Shown: piece by piece, positions 54,258-64,000 of the stretch
Layout of the letters: every line of letters starts with the position of its first letter
Numbering within the stretch: position 1 is the stretch's first letter
Source of the DNA: Eledone cirrhosa
Lineage: Eukaryota
Reading direction: 5' to 3'
Assembly (NCBI GenBank): GCA_964016885.1
Contig: OZ024747.1
Location: forward strand, 3,720,001 to 3,784,000
DNA length: 64,000 bases
Notes under the pieces: generated by a model
Database searches by the model: none
Seen by the model: the letters and a program-made list of their open reading frames with translations, nothing else
Told to the model about the DNA's origin: nothing
Position numbers and translations under genes: made by a program

Positions 54258-54822
54258 CATATATACACATATACATACATAGATACATAGATACACATAT
54301 ACATACATAGATACACATATACACATATACATACATAGATACACATATACATACACATATACATACATAGATACACATATACACATATAGATACACATAT
54401 ACATACACATATACATACATAGATACACATATACACATATACATACATAGATACATAGATACACATATACATACATAGATACATATATACACATATACAT
54501 ACATAGATACACATATACATACATAGATACATATATACATACATAGATACACATATACATACATAGATACACATATACATACATATATCCACATATACAT
54601 ACATAGATACATATATACACATATAGATACATATCATCATCATTTCATTTTACATCCGCTTTTTCCCTGCTTGCAAGGGTACATACACATATAGATACAT
54701 AGATACATTTGTACATACACATATAGATACATATATATATATATATATACATACACACATAGAGATACATACATATATATGCATACATATATATGCATAC
54801 ACATATACATACACATATATAG

Positions 54823-54911
<89 letters not shown>

Positions 54912-55300
54912 CACACATAGAAATACATACATATATAGATACATGTATACATGTATATACATACACATATATAGATACAGGCACACATTGATACATGCAT
55001 ACATATATACATACACATATATAGATACATACATCCATACAAATATATAGATATATACATACATACACACACACATATATATATATACATATATACATAT
55101 ATAAATACATACATGCATGTATACATATATACACATGCACATACATACATACATACGGGTATACATAAACATACATAAATATATATATATTGATACATAC
55201 ACATACATACATATATATACACACAGACATACATATATATATATATACATATATATACACACATACATACATATACATACACATACATACACACATATTT
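54258..55300. repeat. (TACA/TAGA/TA) microsatellite field with a short (CAT)n RTE-type tail at ~54635-54680
   Basis: Direct reading. Confidence 0.92.
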
Positions 55301-55797
55301 GCAAGTTCTATACTCCCTCATTGACTTTGATTGAGTAAGACACGGAAAGGACAGAAATTAACGAAAGGAGTCTGGTGGTGGCGGGGAGAGGGGGTATGTT
55401 GCCATGGTAATCAATGTTTGCAATCGGCCATTGTTACTTTACTTTAACTATTAAACCATCACACCATAACTGTTACTGTTGCGTATACCTAATGTGCTTT
55501 TGTTATGTGTGTGTATATGTGTGTATGTAAGTATGTGTGTGTGTATATATGTATGTATGTGAGTGTGTATGTATGGATGTATATGTGTGTATATGTATGT
55601 ATGGATGTATGTGTGTGTGTATGTATGTATGGATGTATGTGTGTGTGTGAGTATGTATGGATGTATATGTGTGTATGTATGTATGGATGTATGTGTGTGT
55701 ATGTGTGTGTATGTATGTATGTGTGTGTGAGTATGTATGTACCTGCGAATATATATATATGTATGTGTGTATATAGACGTGAATCAACATGTTAACT

Positions 55798-55887
55798 CAT
55801 ATCTGAGGAACTTCCGATTGCAGAGTCAAGTTCGATCATTAATAGATCGTTTCTTGAGCTGATCAACAGTGAAACATATGTAATATG
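55798..55887 (+). ncRNA. Type I hammerhead ribozyme motif with long stem II
   Basis: CATAT-CTGAGGA-[ACT..CAG..TCAAG..CGATC/GATCG..CTTGA..CTG..AGT]-GAAA-CATATG-TA-ATATG. Confidence 0.8.
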
Positions 55888-56880
55888 TAATTAAATATGT
55901 ATATGATGCGACACTGATTCTTTGTTCCCTTATATATTACTATCATTGATACTCTGCTCCCCAAGAGCATTTGGCATACCACGTACGGACACATTTGCTC
56001 ATTTGCTCATTTGGCATACCACCTAAGGACACAATTACCTTGCACCTTTAATACCTATGTATATATATATATATTTATTTATTTATTAAAATAACAGATT
56101 AAAGTTTAAGCAAAGAATCGCTGCTTTCACCCTTAATGGGATCTCCTGAAACTAAAAAAATATCAATCTGTGAACGCAGAAGTAAATATTTCGAAAAACG
56201 TTGCAGCGAAGGAAAACAGGAAGATGATACTTTGGTTCGTGAAGACGTTCCCTGGCAATGAGTGGAAAATATCTATCTATATATATATATATATTAAAAA
56301 GTGATCTCCATGGATAAGATCATACAAAATGAACCAAAATGGTGGTCGAAGACTTTGGTATAATAACCAAAACACAGTACAGTCCCTTCTCATCATCCCA
56401 CTGCTGGAGGTCACTTTAGTTTCATTGGTTTATGGTCAATATATATACACATCTATGTTGCCTAATATAAAAGTATCAGATCTTAGCGTTGGGAAAAGAT
56501 TGTGTACTTGTTAAAATTGTATGTTTAATCTCCTTTGATGTAGGCCCCTGTGTGTCCACATTCAACCCATGAACCCACTGTAGAAAACACATTTGGAATA
56601 CTTCTACAGGAATGGCTCTCAGTTCCACCATTGCAGTCCAAATGAAGTCTTCTAAACTCTCAAAGTTTAAGTCTTTTTAGTGGCATTGTCACATTTGGGA
56701 AGAACAAGAAATTAGAAGGTGCCGTGTCTTAAGAGTAGGGAGGTTAGGAAATGAGCAAGAAACCTTGCATCAAATACAATGGATTGTCATGAAGCATCTG
56801 TCAGTTTTGTGAGGCTCCAAGATTTGATCCTCTGTAGCAAACTACTGCATGAGTTGTACATATATATATGTGTGTGTGAG

Positions 56881-56907
<27 letters not shown>

Positions 56908-56913
<6 letters not shown>

Positions 56914-57113
56914 AAGAAAGTGTGGTAAGGAACCAGGTGGACCATAATGCACCAGAGTACTCGATACTTAGGGTAGTAGAGTGGGTAATAGGGAAAGAGT
57001 CAGGACCCCAATGGCTGAGCTCCAGCAGTCTTTACAGCTAGATCTGAATTGTGTTCGGATCTAGCTGTCAAAATGGCCGGAGCTCAGCCGTTGGGGTCCT
57101 CACTCTTGTCCTA
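56908..57113. mobile_element. Fold-back palindromic element, copy F (second subfamily)
   Basis: Same leader. The palindrome at 56989-57113 has different but mutually complementary arms. Confidence 0.88.
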
Positions 57114-57127
57114 TATATCTATCTATC

Positions 57128-57181
<54 letters not shown>

Positions 57182-57419
57182 CATCATCATCATTTTATGT
57201 TTGCTTTTCCCGGCTTGTTGCGTAAGTATATGTGCATATATATATACACACACACACACTCACACACACACACACACACCCTCACACACACACACACACA
57301 CATCTATACATATTAGAGTGTCGGCAAAATAATATCCATTAAAATCATTAATTTCTTGCGTGTGAAGAAAAAACAAAAACAACAAAAGGAAGATTAAAGC
57401 AAACTAAAGAAACAGTGAA

Positions 57420-58070
57420 ACACACAGATACATATATACATGTATACACATATATACACTGACATAAACACACTGACAGATACATATATACATGTATACA
57501 CATATATACACTGACATAAACACACTGACAGATACATATATACATGTATACACATATATACACTGACATAAACACACTGACATATACATATATACATGTA
57601 TACACATATATACACTGACATAAACACACTGACAGATACATATATACATGTATACACATATATACACTGACATAAACACACTGACATATACATATATACA
57701 TGTATACACATATATACACTGACATAAACACACTGACATATACATATATACATGTATACACATATATACACTGACATAAACACACTGACATACATATATA
57801 CATGTATACACATATATACACTGACATATACACACTGACATATACATATATACATGTATACACATATATACACTGACATAAACACACTGACATATACATA
57901 TATACTTGTATACACATATATACACTGACATAAACACACTGACATATACATATATACATATATACACATATATACACTGACATATACACACTGACATATA
58001 CATATATACTTGTATACACATATATACACTGACATATACACACTGACATATACATATATACCTGTATACA
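57420..58070. repeat. 52-bp minisatellite (ACACTGACAT.. core)
   Basis: Period 52 (57461 to 57513). Confidence 0.93.
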
Positions 58071-58534
58071 CAGACACACATATACACACTTACATATACA
58101 TATATACATGTATACACAGGCATACACACATACACACATATACACATTGACATATACATATATACATACATACACAGACACACACTGACATATAAATATA
58201 TATATGTATACACATACATACACACACACATATATATATACACACTGACATATACATATATACATACATACACAGACACAGACACACACTGACATATAAA
58301 TATATACATGTTTACACATACACACACACACATATATTCACTCACACAGACACATACATACACATGCACATACACATATATTTACTCACACATACTAACT
58401 CATACACACACATGCACTCACAGACACATACATACATATACACACAGATATATACACACATATGTACACAGACATATACACATGTACACAGACACACATA
58501 CACACAGATATATACACACCTATACACACACATA

Positions 58535-59533
58535 TACACCACACATATATACAGGTATATACACTATATATATACACCACATATATACAGGTATATACAC
58601 CACATATATATACAGATATATACACTATATATATACACCACACATATTTACAGATATATATACACTATATATATATACACCACACATATATACAGATATA
58701 TACACTATATATATATACACCACACATATATACAGATATATACACTATATATATACACCACACATATTTACAGATATATATACACTATATATATATACAC
58801 CACACATATATACAGATATATACACTATATATATATATACACCACACATATTTACAGATATATATACACTATATATATATACACCACACATATATACAGA
58901 TATATACACTATATATATATACACCACACATATATACAGATATATACACTATATATATATATATACACCACACATATATACAGATATATATATACACTAT
59001 ATATATATACACCACACATATATACAGATATATACACTATATATATATATATACACCACACATATATACAGATATATACACTATATATATATATATACAC
59101 CACACATATATACAGATATATACACTATATATATATACACCACACATATATACAGATATATACACTATATATATATATATACACCACACATATATACAGA
59201 TATATACACTATATATATATACACCACACATATATACAGATATATACACTATATATATATACACCACACATATATACAGATATATACACTATATATATAT
59301 ACACCACACATATATACAGATATATACACTATATATATATATATACACCACACATATATACAGATATATACACTATATATATATATATACACCACACATA
59401 TATACAGATATATACACTATATATATATATATACACCACACATATATACAGATATATACACTATATATATATACACCACACATATTCAGATATATACACT
59501 ATATATATACACCACATATATATACAGATATAT
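58535..59533. repeat. ~40-bp minisatellite TACACCACACATATATACAGATATATACAC(TA)n
   Basis: Direct reading. Confidence 0.95.
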
Positions 59534-59599
59534 CAAAACACCCCCCCGTCCCACCACCTCCACCCCATCCACACCGCCCCTTTCAATGTACAGTTATGT

Positions 59600-60040
59600 T
59601 GGTCCCACAACATCCAGGCCGAAACAAATGAGATCGTGTAGGTGTCACGACAAAAACCTCCCAGCCCCACACTGTAAATGTGGTTGGTGTTAGGAAGGGC
59701 ATCCAGCTGTAGAAAACCCGCCAGACAGTCCACGCTGTAATGTGGCCGTGTAGGCAACACGGTAAAAACCTCCCAGCCCCACACTGTAAATGTGGTTGGT
59801 GTTAGGAAGGGCATCCAGCTGTAGAAAACCCGCCAGACAGTCCACGCTGTAATGTGGCCGTGTAGGCAACACGGTAAAAACCTCCCAGCCCCACACTGTA
59901 AATGTGGTTGGTGTTAGGAAGGGCATCCAACTGTAGAAAACCTGCCAGACAGTCCTATGCGAGCAAGACAACCACTCTTGCCTCAAGTGGGAAAACCCCA
60001 CGTCCAAACCCATGCAAGCGTGGAACACGGACGCTAAACC

Positions 60041-60070
<30 letters not shown>
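59600..60070 (+). mobile_element. RTE 3'UTR with an internal 112-bp tandem and a (GAT)n tail
   Basis: Homologous to 30969-31236. Units start at 59652, 59764 and 59876. Confidence 0.9.
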
Positions 60071-60071
<1 letters not shown>

Positions 60072-60087
60072 ATATACACTATATATA

Positions 60088-60889
60088 TAGAGAGACAGAG
60101 CCTGGGTGAAAGAGAGAGAGATAAGAGAGACAGAGGCTGGGTGAAAGAGAGAGAGATAAGAGACACAGAGGCTGGGTGAAAGAGAGAGAGAGATAAGAGA
60201 GACAGAGGCTGGGTGAAAGAGAGAGAGATAAGAGAGACAGAGGCTGGGTGAAAGAGAGAGAGAGATAAGAGAGACAGAGACTGGGTGAAAGAGAGAGAGA
60301 TAAGAGAGACAGAGACTGAGTGAAAGAGAGAGAGATAAGAGAGACAGAGGCTGGGTGAAAGAGAGAGAGATAAGAGAGACAGAGGCTGGGTGAAAGAGAG
60401 AGAGAAAAGAGAGACAGAGACTGGGTGAAAGAGAGAGAGATAAGAGAGACAGAGAGTGAGTGAAAGAGAGAGACAGAGACTGGGTGAAAGAGAGAGAGAT
60501 AAGAGAGACAGAGACTAAGTGAAAGAGAGAGACAGAGACTGGGTGAAAGAGAGAGAGATAAGAGAGACAGAGACTGAGTGAAAGAGAGAGACAGAGACTG
60601 GGTGAAAGAGAGAGAGATAAGAGAGACAGAGACTGAGTGAAAGAGAGAGACAGAGACTGGGTGAAAGAGAGAGAGATAAGAGAGACAGAGACTGGGTGAA
60701 AGAGAGAGAGATAAGAGAGACAGAGACTGAGTGAAAGAGAGAGACAGAGACTGGGTGAAAGAGAGAGAGATAAGAGAGACAGAGACTGAGTGAAAGAGAG
60801 AGACAGAGACTGGGTGAAAGAGAGAGAGATAAGAGAGACAGAGACTGAGTGAAAGAGAGAGACAGAGGCTGAGTGAAAGAGAGAGAGAA
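60088..60889. repeat. GA-rich minisatellite (GAGACAGAGACTGGGTGAAAGAGAGAGAGATAA)
   Basis: Direct reading. Confidence 0.95.
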
Positions 60890-61069
60890 CATCAACACTT
60901 ATTTACTTATTTATTTAACTTAGTTAAAACAGTTTTAATTCCCATTCCTAACTCTTCTTGTTTTACTTCCAAATTATTTTTCTGTCTGCTTCACTCCCCC
61001 TCTCTCTTTATTTATCACCTTCTTCCTTCCTCTCTATTTATCTTCCACTCTCTATCCTCTCCCCTTCCT

Positions 61070-61340
61070 ATCTGCCTCTCTCTCTTTCTGCCTCTCACCC
61101 TCTCTCTCGTTCTGCCTCTCACCCTCTCTCTCGTTCTGCCTCACCCCCTCTCTCTTGTTCTGTCTCTCACCCTCTCTCTCTTTCTGCCTCTCACCCTCTC
61201 TCCCTTTCTGCCTCTCCCCCTCTCTCCCTTTCTGCCTCTCTCCCTTTCTCACGTTCTGCCTCTCACCCTCTCTCTCGTTCTACCTCTCACCCTCTCTCTC
61301 TTTCTGCCTCTCACTCTCTCTCTTCTGCCTCTCCCCCTCT
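61070..61340. repeat. 24-bp CT-rich minisatellite (TCTGCCTCTCACCCTCTCTC..)
   Basis: Direct reading. Confidence 0.9.
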
Positions 61341-61432
61341 CTCATTCTCATATTTGCTGTTCCTCATTCTTTTATTTTTTCATTTAATTATTTATATTTT
61401 TATTTTTATTTTTTATTTCATTTCTTTTGTTT

Positions 61433-61488
<56 letters not shown>

Positions 61489-61502
61489 AGGGAGAGATAG
61501 AA

Positions 61503-61541
<39 letters not shown>

Positions 61542-62454
61542 CGAGAGAGTCTGGAACATTCCTGTTTAGAATAAAACAAACCAAATATTGTTTCTCAGAA
61601 GTGACAAACAATCCCAACATAAAACATTAACACCAACTTAATATCATGGAATATCATGATTCCAGTCTTTTTCTATCATTTCCAACCTTTAAAGTTATTT
61701 GGCAGACATGTAAAAAGAAGAAAACACAAAAAGATAAGAAAGAAGAAGTTGAAATTTTTTCAAAAGTAGTTAGAATACATGTTTTGTTACATATGTAACC
61801 CATCCCTCCATCAAAACTATTTAAACAACTCTTTTCTTTGACTCCAAGAACACGATCACTCATATATTTATTGATTAATTTATAGATTTTTAGTTTCAGA
61901 TAATGAAAAAATATATATGTTTTTAAATATTTTCATTTTTTTGTTGTTGTCATGTTAACATAAAATCAAACAAAAACACGACACAACAACTGAAAAGTTC
62001 CCTTTATTAAAGCACATTTTGTTTTCTAGGCCCTATGATAGGTTTCATATATATCATGGTGTTCTTTTTTGAGGCAATGTTTTATGACTGAATGCCATTC
62101 CTGGGGCCAATCCTTCTTACTGCCTGTTAGAACACACCGGAATATACTGTACCTTTTACACTCCAGACACAAACAACATGTAATAAACTTAGGAAGATAC
62201 TGTACCTATTACACTTCAGATACACACAGCATGTATTGCACTTGGGAATATGTTGTAATTAAATGCTACAAAGGATTTGCTCCATCACAAACCTGTAATC
62301 AAAGATATTCTAGTCATGGCCACACTATTAATTTAGGGATATATCTAGGACCATATAATCTAATGTCTCCTTACCTTATTTAAAATGGAAAGGTGTGGCT
62401 CAGAGATTTAGCAAATTGAGCAATCATGTAAGGGGTCTCACACTGTCTACCAGA

Positions 62455-62765
62455 AGATGTTGTGATAATTTAACTCCAGATCAGTCTTGATAAAGTAGAT
62501 CTATGTTCAAAAACATACAAGCCTGACTGGGTCCTATGTTAGCTGCCAGAAAACCTTATTGTTTATATCCAGCTCAACCTTGATAAAGTAGACTTATGAA
62601 CAAAGCCTGGCTGGGTACCATGTTAGCTGCCAGAAAATGTAGTTTAACTCTAGCTCAGCCATGATAAAGTAGATTTATGATCAAATCCTAGCTGCGTCCC
62701 ATGTTAGCTGCTAGATGTTGTGGTAGTTTAAACTCTAGCTCAACCTTAACAAAGTAGACTTATGC
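62455..62765. repeat. Diverged ~80-90-bp tandem, ~3.5 copies, of a dispersed-repeat end
   Basis: GATAAAGTAGA..TATG recurs at ~62490, 62582, 62663 and 62750. ATGTTAGCTGC occurs three times. Confidence 0.8.
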
Positions 62766-63217
62766 TTCTTCCTTGTTTTGTTTTATTCAGCCATAAAGTA
62801 ACCATGACTACATTATTCAATATGTCCTTCCATTTTGAAGATAGTAAGGTGTGAATTGAAGTAGTTTTAATTGTTGTTTTTAGCAAGTCAAGTAAATCAT
62901 GTTAAAACCCTCTCATTGGCTTCTCTCAGAAGATGTAGTGTCTAACAATGACAACAGTTAAGCAAACAACCATATTATGTTGACAAATCTTATCTACAAA
63001 CATATAAAGCTGACATAACTTATTTGAGCTTTCAATCTCTAAGTTATGGCTCCAGTGTCTTATCCACGTGGACATGTTGGATCTATATGAAATCAATACT
63101 GTACAGGAAACGCATAGGAGTAAATAAGGGCATTTTAGTCAAACAAAAGCATTTATTTCTACTGTACTAAATGCACTCATACAGTTCTGTAGCATCTAAT
63201 CCTTTATAAAGATTGTA

Positions 63218-63730
63218 CATACATACATATACACACATACACACATATACACACACATATACATACACACACACACATATATATACACATACACATACAT
63301 ACACACATACACACATATACACACATACACACACACACACATACACATACATACACACATATACACATATACATTTACACACATACACATACATACATAT
63401 ACGCACATACACATACATACACACATATACACATATACATTTACACACATACACATGCATACACACATATACACATATACATACACACACGCTCATACAT
63501 ACACACGCATATGCATACATACATGCTCACATATATATATATATACACACACATATATATATATATAAAAATAAATATAAAGAATTTATTGATTATACAT
63601 ATAAGTATGTATGTAGATTATGTGTATGTATGTACAGACCAAATATATATGTATATGTGTATGTGCATATATGTGTGTATGTATGGATCATATATATATA
63701 TATATGTGTGTGTGTGCGTGTGTATGTATT
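63218..63730. repeat. (CA/TACA/TG) microsatellite field
   Basis: Direct reading. Confidence 0.93.
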
Positions 63731-63877
63731 ATTGGAGGTCTTTATGTAAAATCATTACATAGAAATAATCAAACATTAACTGAATGAGCACTCAATACAT
63801 ATGAGAAGATTATAGATTTTATTTTTCAAAGAAAAATGTAGCAGTGACTTTGAAGTTGTGTATATAATGAGAATCAC

Positions 63878-63942
<65 letters not shown>

Positions 63943-64000
63943 ACTCTCTCTCTAACTCTCTCTCTGTCTCTCTATCTATCTCTGTCTGTCTTTCCGTCTG

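Noticed and set aside
58308-59693. Long ORFs of 300-460 aa here and at 49177-50261, 51375-52392, 53015-53978 and 57348-58375
   Set aside because: They are translations of micro- and minisatellites (IY/TH/poly-G/T/V), open in several frames, with no domain content.

Overview
This is AT-rich, microsatellite-saturated animal DNA that looks intronic or intergenic. The repeat content (tRNA-headed CORE-like and Deu/Nin-like SINEs, (GAT)n-tailed RTE LINEs, very long TA/CA/ACC runs) suggests a cephalopod, probably Octopus; this is an inference. I could not support any host protein-coding exon. The long ORFs in the track are translations of simple repeats or LINE remnants. Recognisable content: (1) decayed non-LTR retrotransposons of the RTE/Rex3-like, CR1-like, Tx1/L1-like and RLE-type R4/NeSL-like classes; (2) many SINEs, several with clean TSDs; (3) mariner/pogo-like and hAT-like MITEs; (4) many minisatellites, several born inside retroelement 3' ends; (5) three different type I hammerhead ribozyme motifs of the Penelope-like kind at about 22.2, 48.6 and 55.8 kb. 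The most unusual signal is a (TA)n-embedded ~200-bp element family with six pieces in the window. It is built around a fold-back palindrome with ~54-bp arms, and each arm reads as the 3' half of a hammerhead (GAAA-stem III-UC-stem I).
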